The position numbers and the translations under genes are program-made. Source: Asterias rubens (Eukaryota). From it: DNA of 64,000 nt. Shown in pieces: positions 26,301 through 35,970 of this stretch (position 1 is its first letter; every line of letters begins with the position of its first letter). The notes below the pieces were generated by a model. It was not told where the DNA came from, made no database searches, and worked only from the letters and a program-made list of their open reading frames with translations. The stretch lies in contig NC_047062.1 in assembly GCF_902459465.1 (NCBI RefSeq), forward strand, positions 11,160,001 to 11,224,000, written 5' to 3'.

Positions 26301-29300
26301 CAGACCTGACTGGACGCGAGCAGCGAAGACTTTTTGTTTGTCGTCAGATTTTGCTAGAGCTAGTATGTACACTTCAGCCGTTCTGCTCTGAGTAGGGGCC
26401 ATCATCCATTCATAGCATCGAGCTGGAGTGTTCCTTAGCATCCCCGCAGGCATGGTCGTATCTTGGTACTGTCCGAACGCCTCGTACAAACCGCTGATCG
26501 TACTAAAGAGAATCCGGTCTGGAAGGGTTAAGACATGCTTGATGAGGGGACCACCAACCGGAAGGCTGGTGCATAAATTATCATCCTCATCTGGTAAAGA
26601 AATCTGTAAGAGGAAAATATTGTGTGTTATCGGATTTCTCATTGAATCGATGAATACAGAGTTACAGATAATTTTTCATTCAAGCACAAATTGGCAAAAT
26701 GATTGAAAATTTGTTGTATAAAAACAGTAAAAAACAAGTATACAATACTCCAAACCTTTTGGATAAGTAATGTACATGTAAGAGTCAATATAAACTATTG
26801 TGTTTAAGCGCAAAGCTGCCAACATTCGCATCTTGCAATCAGGAAGATATTTAGAATTACATTCAACAAAGAGGTCACACAATCAGGGAGATTGGTAAAT
26901 TTATTCATCAGAACATGGAAAGATTTGTTTATTTTCGGGGGAAAATCTGCAGAATATGGGAGTTGGCAGCTCTACAAGAACAACTAAAAATTTTACAGAG
27001 GTTTATTACACAGGGAGAAAAACAAATAATTTTTTAATTGTGTGCTCAATTCCAACATAAATATAAACAGTAAAATTGACTTCTACATTGAGCTCAAGTT
27101 CGTTTAACCTGAATGAAAATAGTATTTAATTAAAATACAATACCTCCCTTAGTGATTATAAAACTTGTTTTGAGTTTTACATGGTGGAAAAAGATGCATT
27201 TGTTTTGGAAAGTTTGCATGTTTTTATTATATCTCACAATTGGTATGACTGTTTTTTAACTATTGTTTATGTAAGTTTTCACTGCTTTGATGAAAGAAAA
27301 AAAGCAGAAAACAAAATGCAATTGTTGCTGAAAGGGCAAACCCCTTCTCCGCACCCCCTCTTAAAAGAACCCAAGTCATTTACCTGGAGAGCCTCAAACG
27401 ACGTCAAGTCATCATTACTGAGAATCACAGCTGACGAGTCAGGGATCCCAGCACCAAAGACATTTGTAGGTGTACTACTGGCGATTGGACCAACTTGGTA
27501 GGGCCTTCCAGCCAGCAGCTTCCTGGAGATGTTCTCCATGGGTACCTTTGTACCTAAGACACTTGTTGAGTCTTGGCTGCCGTTGGGATGTACCTCATGG
27601 AAACCATCCAAGCTGATAGTATGCCTATGAGAATTGTTATTGTCAACCACAGTCAGTATTATTATTTGAAATCAAACCAGACCTCAACATAATCCACGGC
27701 ACCCACAGCAATTGTCAATTGTGCCCTGCGCTTTTACTGTGGTGCCCTTTGCGAAGTTCCAATACAAATTTATATTTTTCTCATACAAATGCCCCTCACC
27801 AGCTGCGCCCATTCAGGAGTGAAATTCAAGGCTTGCTTAAAAGCAGTCGTGAGATTGTACGGAAATGAAAATGTTAAATAGATGTTCTCTTGGGTTGGAA
27901 TTACAGAATTTTTAGTGGTTTTCCGACTCTCTGTGACAACATATTAGCCTCTCTCCATCATGAAAATCTGAAGACACAGGGACATCAGTGGAAAATCCTG
28001 ATAAATTATGTGAAAAATAAAGGGGAGTTTTCCAGATTGTGTTTTTAAAATGCATTTGTCTTTATTACAATGCAACACGTCTTTACTATGCTTTGACTAC
28101 AGCCATATGTTTCTACGATTTTTATTCGCAATTCCTGTAAAAAAGGTCGAGCATTACTCATATTTGATACAGCGAACTGCTAGGGTTAATCAGAAATGAA
28201 AAACCAACATGTTGCTTTGTGGTAAAATGAAATTGTACTGTTTATATGGGGTTTGAGGCATTCCCATTTGAAGTACTGTCTATTTAACTTTAAATATAGT
28301 TTTAAAACTTGAACAGAATTTGTTTGTATTGTATTTAAATTGAGTGCAAAGAAGCATGTTTCATAGATGGAACACTATGTTAACTATATGATCATCAATG
28401 AAGAACGTATTACCTTTTTGGCTCAACATCATAGCCTGTGCTTCCAGTCCTCACACAGATTGGTATCGATCTAGTGTGGCTGTTAAATAACAGAGGCACT
28501 AGCCAGGCTGGATTGCTCAAGACAGCCGGCTGATTGCTATCATTGGTGCTAACTAGAGCGCCACGCAAGGTGTATTCTAAAACATTTGAGCAACTTTCTT
28601 CAAACGACTGCTCGGAGTAAGTCAAAGTTACTGTGGGATTTATACCCGATGCTGCTACCGTTCTGCCAACGCTAGGTGATGGATAACCATTGCAGTATAC
28701 TTGGAGATATAACAAATATGGATATGACAAATAGTCCTGCATGGGGAGTAGACAAACAAAGGCAAAGATGACATCGAAAACATTCAACAAATAATATTTT
28801 AAAGAAATCCATGTATTTTGTTTATATATTGTTATATAAAATGAGTCTTTGGGTAAAATGTATATAAATATTTGCTTCCAATTATTTAAAAAAAAATTTT
28901 TGTAGACTTTTGTGTAGGCAAGCCCCTTAAAAGTGAAAACTTGTATTCACGTCGTCAGTTTTGTTTTCTTTTTCAAATCTTAGAAATCAATTCGTGAAAA
29001 TAATCAGTGTTTCAAACGTAAGGCCTATTGTTTTTGACAGCTACATAAGTGTGGCTAATTTTAGCTTTCCCATACTTTTTAAATTTGATTCTTTACTTAG
29101 TAATGGGGGGGGGGGAGAAGCTGCTATTTCTACTATAATTATTATAAGTTTGAAGTTCTGAAATTGTATCCATAATCAAACAACCATTTATAATATTTAT
29201 TCTGACATGGTTTGGGGTCTTTTGGGCTATCTTAGTTATTATTCATAAATACCTCAGACAGTTTCGCTATTCCTATTGGTGGAGAGCGCGTCACGTGGTG

Positions 29301-31421
29301 TGTATAAACCTTTGTTTATGACCAGTAAAAAGTGTTGAAAACATGGGCGTGGAACACGAGCTTGCACCTGTGCTTATGAAAGTTTCTTCATTCCTATTGG
29401 TGGAGAGCAACGGCCGGGACAGTCGTGCCACATCACGCGATACACGCTACGCGCACAGCATTCCCTTTAAAGGAGTTGTTTACCCGAGGGCCTTACCATT
29501 TCATAGCTGGAGGGGTGTTTTGTTGAAAGCTTGCACCTGTGGTTATGTAAGTTTCTTCATTCCTATTGGTGGAGAGCAACGGCCGGGACAGTTGTGCCAC
29601 ATCACGCGATACACGCTACGCGCACAGCATTCCCTTTAAAGGAGTTGTTTACCCGAGGGCCTTACCATTTCATAGCTGGAGGGGTGTTTTGTTGAAAGCT
29701 TGCACCTGTGCTTATGAAAGTTTCTTCATTCCTATTGGTGGAGAGCAACGGCCGGGACAGTTGTGCCACATCACGCAATACACGCTACGCGCACAGCATT
29801 TCCTTTAAAAGGAGTTGTTTACCCGAGGGCCTTACCATTATAGCTGGAGGGGTGTTTTGTTGAAGGAAATCATTGAACAATTATAATTTTTGCATTTATT
29901 TTACCTTTTAACCAAAAAGTGTTGATGTTTTTTGACCGAAAAGGTATTATGAATGGGAATCAAAGTGTGTTGAATCGGTTTTCAATTAGTAGTTCTTGAT
30001 AATTTACCTTGACTTTGTCTCGGTAAAATTATCAAAAACCAGGCCACGTTGGGTTTAAACCACTAGTTGAAAACCTCTTCACCACACATTGATTCCCTTA
30101 ATTATTGTATTTATTTCACCAAAGCAGAAATCGGTTTACAGATTCAACTTTAGCTTGAACCTGTGGTCCAGGCAAGTAAATCAAGATATAAACATAAAAA
30201 TTAGCAGGAAAGTGGTTCTCATAGCATGCACAAAACTTAGACAAAGGCTCTTTAAAAAAAAAGGGCCTGTAATCCCTTTTTCGTCAGGCATACTTAGTCC
30301 ATTCCTCAAATTTTTGAGGATTAAGCAACCCCAAACTGCTTAAATTTTCACTAAGGGGTGAATCTAACACAATACTATCCCAACAAGGGTGGGTTTTCCC
30401 GTTATTTTCTCCCGACTCCGATGACCGATTGAGCCTAAATTTTCACAGGTTTGTTGTTTTATACATAAGTTGTGATACACGAAGTATGGGCCTGGACAAC
30501 ACTGTTTACCGAAAATGTCCACTGGCTTTTAGAGAAGCTAATTGTCTTTCTTAAAGACACAAGTATCACAGACAATTGCCACCATGCTCCATGGTAATTG
30601 CCTTGATGCCCTATAAAATGCCCCAGTAGAACTTTGCATTTTCCTCATAACAATAACCAAGGAGAAAATGCCTTGGTGCCCTTGGCCTTTCTAAAACGAC
30701 GCATACAGGCCAGGGGCTGATTTCACAAAGGGCTAAAAAAAATAAGATTGATCGTAACGGCAAATCAATCGCAGTTGCGACTGCTCAGCCATGACACACC
30801 ATATATTATAGGATAAAGGAGATTTATCGGACAATAGGCTATTGTATCGGAAAATAAAAATGAGTATTGACCAGGGGACTCAGCTCTAGACAAATACTGC
30901 TGCACTGTTGCATAATCTTTTTAATTGTTTGTGGGTGAGTATTCTGTGTCTGAACAGAAAAAAAATTGAGCTTTTAATTTTTAATTTTTTTTTTAAAAAT
31001 GGGAACTGTGTCCATGATCATATAGCAGGCCTCTATTTGTAACTATATGAACTCTTAATACCCAATTGCACTTGCATGCGCGTTGGCTATACCTGATCAA
31101 TGGCCAGCGTTCATGTGCAGTAACTGGGTGCGAGTCCATCAACTCCATACACAGCCACTGTAAAGGCCTGCTTTGATCATAATGATAGTCCCCCCTGAAA
31201 TTGATGTGACCTAGGATTCTTACCATTGCATCCGACGAGCCCATGTTGGCAACAGAAATATTGCTCAAGAACTCTGACATTGATACTAGTGGCTGTCTGT
31301 CTTGTACAAAGGCACTCCTCGTGAACGGTTTGTCTTGTCTGGCTACTTCAACTTGCCACTGGCACACTGCTAATGTGTAGTCCATTAAAAGACTTGCAAT
31401 CGCAACAAATGTGAGTGTCAT
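2225..31421 (-). CDS. CATSPERG: Cation channel sperm-associated auxiliary subunit gamma (whole gene span, 23 coding exons, 1241 aa)
   Basis: The exons below join with consistent phases into a 3726-nt ORF. Motifs match recalled human CATSPERG: CQWQV (CTWQV), YLSYPYLL (YLGFPYYL), GAGIPD (GGIPN), CPFEVLRF (CPFSVMRL), PEEIFLD (PERIFLD), LGCPSGRHLVFD (IGCPPGKRLAFD), PPEYYFVIQVTNRDVDSDSTYC ([21 protein letters not shown]), followed by one TM helix. Confidence 0.93.
3719..3805 (-). CDS. CATSPERG: CATSPERG exon 22 (DSETDEEVLNIEEGFGLGDISRVNVNTP)
   Basis: catttctag acceptor, GTAAGA donor, 87 nt, phase 1->1. Confidence 0.75.
3998..4245. other. Assembly gap (N run) in CATSPERG intron 21
   Basis: Run of N; boundaries approximate. 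Confidence 0.97.
4392..4536 (-). CDS. CATSPERG: CATSPERG exon 21 (TM WSLGISLLIILIFVCC plus basic cytoplasmic tail)
   Basis: cctctttag acceptor, GTAGGT donor, 145 nt, phase 0->1. Confidence 0.88.
5259..5361 (-). CDS. CATSPERG: CATSPERG exon 20 (DVDSDSTYCEYTTQFTIKVHGLELSKNDLVIIVG)
   Basis: ttttatag acceptor, GTAAGT donor, 103 nt, phase 2->0. Confidence 0.92.
6292..6474 (-). CDS. CATSPERG: CATSPERG exon 19 (SGPIIW...GILWNCEQGSPC...PPEYYFVIQVTN)
   Basis: ctctttcccag acceptor, GTACTT donor, 183 nt, phase 2->2. Confidence 0.92.
8063..8222 (-). CDS. CATSPERG: CATSPERG exon 18 (FSPVFRLLDLATG...IVIGGS...YNVQN)
   Basis: cacattgcag acceptor, GTAAGC donor, 160 nt, phase 1->2. Confidence 0.92.
9435..9591 (-). 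CDS. CATSPERG: CATSPERG exon 17 (GTKSLSVQLGCPSGRHLVFD...PCFYYKQ)
   Basis: tatccacag acceptor, GTAAGG donor, 157 nt, phase 0->1. Confidence 0.92.
9761..10153. mobile_element. Kolobok-like MITE family 1 (TIR aggcagtggacactattggtaatt, TTAA flanks)
   Basis: TTAA at both ends, ~27-bp TIRs, internal gagacctc/gaggtctc palindrome; RR termini with TTAA TSD fit Kolobok (inference). Confidence 0.85.
11078..11145. mobile_element. 60-bp TIR-only family 1 mini-MITE
   Basis: Two TIRs nearly abutting, TTAA on both sides. Confidence 0.85.
11142..11503. mobile_element. TTAA-flanked MITE family 5 (TIR agatgctatgtc)
   Basis: agatgctatgtcggattttt ... aaaaatctgacatagcaact. Confidence 0.8.
12129..12269 (-). CDS. 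CATSPERG: CATSPERG exon 16 (VDVADRG...NSPLNCF...NQLQ)
   Basis: ttcttcgag acceptor, GTAATG donor, 141 nt, phase 0->0. Confidence 0.85.
12435..12835 (-). mobile_element. Non-autonomous Penelope-like (hammerhead-bearing) insertion inside a SINE
   Basis: Flanked by direct repeat AGACTCAG(ACAA) at 12423-34 and 12836-47; ~25-bp inverted terminal segments (atatttggtttgcggtaacaccatg / catggtgttaccacaaaccaaatat); second copy at ~60500-60780 in the opposite orientation. The Penelope assignment is an inference from the hammerhead type. Confidence 0.6.
12688..12731 (-). ncRNA. Minimal type-I hammerhead ribozyme motif
   Basis: Minus strand GTCTC-CTGATGA-T-GACTA(GAGCAAGG)TAGTC-GAAA-CG-TT-GAGAC: 5-bp stem I, conserved core, 5-bp stem II, palindromic AACGTT helix III, GUU cleavage triplet. 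Confidence 0.72.
13636..13748 (-). CDS. CATSPERG: CATSPERG exon 15 (TSSLDDLRLSVLVSD...SVKYQ)
   Basis: cacttttcag acceptor, GTAACA donor, 113 nt, phase 1->0. Confidence 0.87.
13854..14892. mobile_element. Kolobok-like MITE family 1 copy interrupted by the hAT-like MITE
   Basis: Same TIRs; TTAA at 13854-57 and 14889-92. Confidence 0.88.
14243..14875. mobile_element. hAT-like MITE (633 bp) nested in a Kolobok-like MITE
   Basis: TIRs TAGGCCTGGGCGAA / TTCGCCCAGCACTA; perfect 8-bp TSD GTGTCCAC at 14235-42 and 14876-83. Confidence 0.9.
15405..15522 (-). CDS. CATSPERG: CATSPERG exon 14 (LNDDIDVEATSVMPEEIFLDHCEIFRFAVYL...)
   Basis: atattgcag acceptor, GTAGGT donor, 118 nt, phase 0->1. Confidence 0.87.
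15869..16155. repeat. (CAAGT)n-rich degenerate repeat, probably a MITE remnant
   Basis: Repeated caagtcaagtc/acaagt words. Confidence 0.7.
16318..16912. repeat. 36-bp minisatellite, ~16.5 copies, in CATSPERG intron 13
   Basis: Unit ctgtccatggaatgttaatgcttgactgattctaat with few substitutions. Confidence 0.97.
17206..17343 (-). CDS. CATSPERG: CATSPERG exon 13 (VNELTRFDPVNAWRQ...LEYLK)
   Basis: aatttcag acceptor, GTACTG donor, 138 nt, phase 0->0. Confidence 0.85.
18000..18423 (-). CDS. CATSPERG: CATSPERG exon 12 (HDYNTLG...CPFEVLRFEFTNIQPYSRLKQY...ENAPLE)
   Basis: In-phase acceptor ccagtttatag, GTAAAC donor, 424 nt, phase 2->0; the exact acceptor is inferred from phase. Confidence 0.85.
18529..18656 (-). 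CDS. CATSPERG: CATSPERG exon 11 (IIATVNNSTEK...RQDDT)
   Basis: gtgtttcag acceptor, GTGAGT donor, 128 nt, phase 0->2. Confidence 0.83.
19010..19345 (+). mobile_element. tRNA-derived SINE with L2-like 3' tail
   Basis: A-box/B-box-like head (tggccaagcg...gagttcaattccc), ccacccagggataaatgggtacc core, aagtgctttgag...aaaagcactatata...(taa)n tail; related heads at ~5690, 12390/12850 and 24800. Confidence 0.75.
19467..19631 (-). CDS. CATSPERG: CATSPERG exon 10 (VWYGVAAE...FFDADNQLQE)
   Basis: ataatgtag acceptor; non-canonical GAG|GCAAGT donor; 165 nt, phase 0->0. Confidence 0.82.
19981..20227. mobile_element. MITE with ~40-bp TIR cctgggcccaacttcatagagctgctaagcac
   Basis: Long inverted termini; related termini at ~53333 and ~62830. 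Confidence 0.8.
20469..20583 (-). CDS. CATSPERG: CATSPERG exon 9 (PNAGECLQ...FMNEQCE)
   Basis: ttgtttcag acceptor, GTATAG donor, 115 nt, phase 2->0. Confidence 0.85.
20912..21062 (-). CDS. CATSPERG: CATSPERG exon 8 (SGDNEVIL...LFLWGRKLLY)
   Basis: cctttcatctag acceptor, GTAGCA donor, 151 nt, phase 1->2; matches recalled human IFIWGNFLLQS. Confidence 0.85.
21385..21750. mobile_element. Family 1 MITE, eroded copy
   Basis: Internal sequence matches family 1; TIRs partly degenerate. Confidence 0.8.
22371..22436 (-). CDS. CATSPERG: CATSPERG exon 7 (GTPSRQWTVLRNFSGSQLANE)
   Basis: aacttttag acceptor, GTAATT donor, 66 nt, phase 1->1. Confidence 0.75.
23520..23624 (-). CDS. CATSPERG: CATSPERG exon 6 (TSCEIVSG...YIVTYN)
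   Basis: ttgtaaaag acceptor, GTAAAA donor, 105 nt, phase 1->1. Confidence 0.8.
23730..24060. mobile_element. TTAA-flanked MITE family 4 (TIR aggaac..tacaga)
   Basis: ttaaaggaacggtacaga ... tctgtaatgttcctttaa. Confidence 0.75.
25381..25455 (-). CDS. CATSPERG: CATSPERG exon 5 (MMLDFQELLDDSGGGVCSVLNQTE)
   Basis: poly-T/gcctcag acceptor, GTAAGT donor, 75 nt, phase 1->1. Confidence 0.82.
25569..25933. mobile_element. MITE family 2 copy
   Basis: TTAA flanks, shared interior. Confidence 0.82.
26090..26296 (-). mobile_element. tRNA-like SINE head
   Basis: Minus strand ggggccatggttggctcgtgcataaagcgc...ggttcgatacccggcc (A and B boxes). Confidence 0.65.
26306..26603 (-). CDS. CATSPERG: CATSPERG exon 4 (ISLPDEDDNLC...ARVQS)
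   Basis: ctcttacag acceptor, GTCTGT donor, 298 nt, phase 0->1. Confidence 0.85.
27384..27624 (-). CDS. CATSPERG: CATSPERG exon 3 (HTISLDGF...GAGIPDSS...FEALQ)
   Basis: tctcatag acceptor, GTAAAT donor, 241 nt, phase 2->0. Confidence 0.85.
28414..28736 (-). CDS. CATSPERG: CATSPERG exon 2 (DYLSYPYLLYLQVYCNG...DVEPK)
   Basis: ccccatgcag acceptor, GTAATA donor, 323 nt, phase 0->2. Confidence 0.88.
29360..29863. repeat. 169-bp unit triplicated inside a probable dispersed repeat (~29200-30090)
   Basis: gcttgcacctgt recurs at 29360, 29529 and 29698. Confidence 0.92.
31224..31421 (-). CDS. CATSPERG: CATSPERG coding exon 1 (signal peptide MTLTFVAIASLLMDYTLAVCQWQV...GSSDAM)
   Basis: ATG at 31421; phase-0 GTAAGA donor at 31223. 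An AG acceptor at 31429-30 suggests an upstream UTR exon. Confidence 0.8.
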
Positions 31422-32034
31422 ACTCCAGCTAAATGAAAGTAAAAACAAATGATAACAAACTTGTCTTTGGCAAACATTGGGAAGTTAGTATCTCTGTCAA
31501 TGTCACAGTCATAGTTCATACAGGTTGCCTAGGCTGTATTAACAGGTCTTGAACTTAACTCTTGAACTTGCAGGGGCACAGCAATTTTCCTCTGGGCACT
31601 TCTATGAGGAAAATGTAGTAAACTTGTATTTGAACTTTGCAAAGGGACACCACAGCAAAAGCCCAGGGCGCCTCATCAGCAATTACTGTAGGTGCGGTGG
31701 GTTATTTGAGACATTCATAAGGCTGAACTCCTGAACATGCTGAAGAAGAGGATTCATGGATTGACAGGCTTTTAATTTTATTTTGAATTAATATATTTTT
31801 TAAAATATTTTTTATATAATACGACCAGTTCTATATTATAAATTTAATAACTACAAAATGTTTGACACCAACTCTGTCACGAAAAAGTATCACATTTCTT
31901 CTGAAAGCCTAGAAATCAATGTTCATGGCCCCGGCTATTTTAATAACCAAAATGTATGCATGAACAGTGATCCGAAAGACTAACTGAATACAGAATAACG
32001 GTTCTGCAGTACTTTCTTGGACTTGGGCCTACCC

Positions 32035-32530
32035 ATAGAGCTATATATATTGACTAGAGTAACACCCCGTTATACACGCACTAAGGTTTTGAAGCCGTGT
32101 GGGCGCATCCATGTTTATGTACAAACCAATACAAAAGCTTGAAATTTTGTACGGCAATTGTACAGCTATTTGCATGATCGTGCATATTGTTCTTTTCTAT
32201 GCGACATCGAACCGACAAATGCAGCAAATGTGAACGCACAATCTGCTGATGAGCGTACAAACTGCGCGAGTCATGTGCGTCATGTTTAAAAGGCGCGTAT
32301 ACTTTGTTAACGGTACGTCAATCAAGTCGAACAAATGGTTTTCGTAGCCGGATGCATGCGAATGGGCAATTGCGTATGTAGTAAGCGCACACGCCGAATG
32401 TAAAAATGTGTTCTCTTAAAGTTAAAATTGTTCCGTAGTCCACAACACACCAAACATATCTGTGCCCAGGATGCCAGGGTGGCTTCAAAACGCTGAGCAA
32501 ATTAGCGCTTTAGTCAATATATAGCTCTAT
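32035..32530. mobile_element. MITE with TIR atagagctatatat..tgacta
   Basis: Inverted termini atagagctatatatattgactag / tagtcaatatatagctctat. Confidence 0.72.
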
Positions 32531-32597
32531 AAATTACAGGGCCTACCAAATCAAAAAAAGCAATCACCCAGCACCACCAACATGATGACTAACTTAC

Positions 32598-32800
32598 ATG
32601 ACGATTTAATAAACAGAAAATGCAAATAAATACGAGAACACACTTCTGCTTATATACATGATTATGATATTGAGGTGATATGGATACAGTTTTTACACTC
32701 TGCTGCAAGTGCAAGTGCAGTACCCAGTAATGTGAATCTGACAGTGACAACCACTGACTAACTGCTAACTGCTGACTACTACTACTGCTGCTGACACACA
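32598..32800 (-). other. CATSPERG: Putative non-coding 5' exon of CATSPERG
   Basis: Strong donor CAT|GTAAGT at 32597, and an acceptor just upstream of the coding ATG; the 5' boundary is not determinable. Confidence 0.35.
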
Positions 32801-35019
32801 CACCACTGCCAGTGCCAGTGTAACGTTAGTGTAGTGCCTTGTTAGCGACTGTGCGACTTATTAATTATATTTAAATTGTACATTACCTCATTTTTATCAG
32901 ACAAGTTGAAAGTATTGCAGTTGCCATCCTTTAATACTTTACGGTACCTAGGATTAATCAGTCACTATCCTTGTGTTTACTCCCGTACGTCAATGCATGC
33001 CAATTAGTTACAACAATGATTATTCTTTGTTCGTTGACACATTTTTTTTAATGGGCATCAAGTAGGCCTACTTCAAGTAGTACTTGCTGCAAACAAACAT
33101 TAAAAACCGGTTCTACATGGATCGTCGATATCTCTTGAATTCTCTACAAGCTCAATCCGCAATAATACAATACAATGCGTCCGTATGAAAAACGTATTTA
33201 CACGCAAACATCATGACACTTTTTAGGGAAAAGATGTGCTGCATGCCGCCATCAAGCAAAGTTTTATACCTTCGTGATTGGTCGACTGTTTCGGCGGTGT
33301 GGGTGTTTGTAAACTTACACTCTCTACTCCAGTACTTTTTTTGTTTGGCACAGTGTTTGCTAGACTTGACTCAAGTCCCAATCCCGTGAGAATCTCTCTA
33401 TTTTCAGTCCCATCAGAAAACTCTGCTACATATCGACGGCGGATTTTATGCCTAGGTCCTCTCGCACAAGAACGGGACTTGAATCATGTCCAATAGTTTG
33501 CACACTTTTCCATCTTTTGTTTCAGTTGTGTGGGTGGGTGGGGCGGGATAGGGGGGGCTGTTTAATCCTTCTATATCCCAGTGTGATGTCCATATTTAAA
33601 TGCAAACAGAATGTACAACAAGGATTGCATGACATGATTTTCTAGTATTAATAGAAACTTATGGAGTCAAATTGTGAAAATAGAAACATCTTGGCCAACA
33701 GCTCATAAAAAAAGATTCCAGGAAAAACAAACTTTAACTGCAATTTCATAGTGATTTATTGTTGCTTTTGAATACACATTCAAATAAATTATACACAATA
33801 TTTCTATTTCATCACTCTAATTCAAAGTGAACCCATAACGGTACATAAAATATAATTTATTGTTTAACATTGTGTTTCTTTCAGGCAGTGTTGCACTAGA
33901 GTACTCTAAAAACCTGATAGACCATTCATTTCTGAATTTATATTGTTTATTTGTTCTTCCATATTTTGTTTTAAACAGTTGAAACAAGGCTACTATTAAT
34001 TCTTAAATGAGGATATTTTCACAAGGGAATAAGCATTCCTGTGAAATACACTACAAGTAATTACATTTACACATGCAGACTAAAATGCCTGTTTTTTTTT
34101 TTCACAGGAGTCTGGAAAGTACCGAGTATACAGTGCTTTACACACACTCATGTAACTAAATTGTACAAGAAATTGCTTTTGGTGAAGTACACTTTGTGCC
34201 TGACAACCTTTGGCCTACATGTATACGACTCTTTTGAGTCATACAAATAGAAAATGTGTTTATTTTTTTCATGTTTTTCGGTAATGACACCAAGGGACTC
34301 TCACACGTAACATGTGACCTGTGTAGGCTCGAAGATAACTGTGTGGAAAAGATGATGAAGAAATAATATTCCGTTTTAGAGCAGTGTCTTACCAACTAGA
34401 ACACCGAGATCGCCGGTAGCTAGAGGCAGTTAGAATAATATGTTTTTAGCTGCGGGTACGACAACAATATAGTACATGTTAAATTTGCATCTTGGTGCGG
34501 TCAAGGTCGTCCGCGCTTCTGTACCCCGAGTACATCGGAAGATTAGTCTCCCTGGATTTTCTGCTCTCCCCGCTTGAGATTCAGAGAATAGCGCAAGACA
34601 GGAGAGAATGGGAAAAGTTTGAGTCCGCCTGCTGTGCAGCCAACTGATGATGATGATGATGATGATGATGTTGGTAAGACACTGCCTACTGCAGTATAAA
34701 ACCAGCCTGCTGACTAGTGTTTTACAGACAGATTATTGTGAGAACTTTACAGTTTACACCTATGCTTTACAATTCCAAACCTACTCCTTAATAAAGTCAA
34801 GCTAATATCAAACAAGAAATAAATAAAATATGTTGCAGAAATATTCCTGGTCCAGTAACAAGACATAGGCCCATTTTTGCAGAGCAGCTTAGCAGAAAAT
34901 AATATTGTTTATACTTTTACTGCTTGGCAAAACTAAGCAGATTATCAGTTACATTTTGCAGTATGTAAAATGGTATTTAAGCATGAAGCCTTATTCTTGT
35001 GAGTATCATTTTGTTGAGC

Positions 35020-35409
35020 TTAAAGGGACACATTGCCTTGGATCGGTCGAGTTGGTCTTTGAAAAGCGTTTGTAACCGTTTTTTATAAAATGCATATGGG
35101 TAGAAAGATGTTGTAAAAGTAGAATACAATGATCCACACAAACATGCCTCGAAATTGCAAGGTTTTCCTTTTACCTCGACGACTAACACGTCGGCCATTT
35201 ATGGGGGTCAAAATTTTGACTCCCATAAATGGCTGACGGTGTTAGTTCGCACAGTAGAAGAAAAACCACGCAATTTCGAGGCAAACTTGTGTGGATCATT
35301 GTATTCTACTTTTAAAACATCTTTCCAACCATATGCATTATATAAAAAACGGTTACAGATGCTTTTGTTTTGACCAACTCGTCCGTTCCAAGGCAACGTG
35401 TTCCTTTAA
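35020..35409. mobile_element. TTAA-flanked MITE family 3 (TIR agg.acac.ttgccttggatcgg)
   Basis: TIRs and TTAA; homologous copy at 45959-46349. Confidence 0.85.
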
Positions 35410-35970
35410 AAGTGTGCCTTTGGTTTTGGAACCGTTTGATTGTTTTACTGTAAATCCGTAGTGTGGCCCTTACTTTGAAGTGGCTGTCTGGCCTTGTGAT
35501 GTTAGGTGATTTCTCTACTGGCAAGCACAGTAGTTCCAAAGTGTCTATGAGTTAAAAAAACCCTCATGAACTACAAAAATGTCTGAAGAACTTGCTTGCT
35601 GCCAGGTAGTTACACCACTAACTGTCTTTATCAAGAATGATGATGGTCGACCGAGGTCCAAATGATGATGATGAAGTCCATGCTTCATTAGCCTTTCATC
35701 TCTAAAATTCACCTCCAAAAGTGAATCCAATTCCTCAGATCTTGCTAATAACAGTCATCAGGCCTAGAGTTTCATTTTTAAACATTTTGAAAGGGCAAGT
35801 TTATTTTGCAAAGGGCACTTCCATTTGAAATTCTTAAAGTCAATGGGAAATTTTTGAAGGGGCACCAAGGTCAAGACCATGGGCAACAGTGGCCATGACC
35901 TCCTTGGCCTTTGTGTAATTCCAGGTCCGAGTGGATATATCTTTACTGGGTGAGAGTGCTCCTTCAATCC

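Noticed and set aside
29343-29808. Two similar ORFs of 98 and 80 aa
   Set aside because: Frame-shifted translations of the 169-bp repeat; no protein motif.
30119-30159. Possible small exon (VQAKVESVNRFLL)
   Set aside because: Phase 0->2 does not fit between exons 1 and 2.
30993-31223. Extension of exon 1 to the end of the 151-aa ORF (donor at 31091)
   Set aside because: That donor is phase 2 and does not join exon 2; the GTAAGA donor at 31223 is phase 0 and restores the alignment.
2225-31421. Assignment to CATSPERB
   Set aside because: The motifs (CxWQV, GCPxGxxLxFD, STYCxYxxxF) match recalled gamma, not beta.
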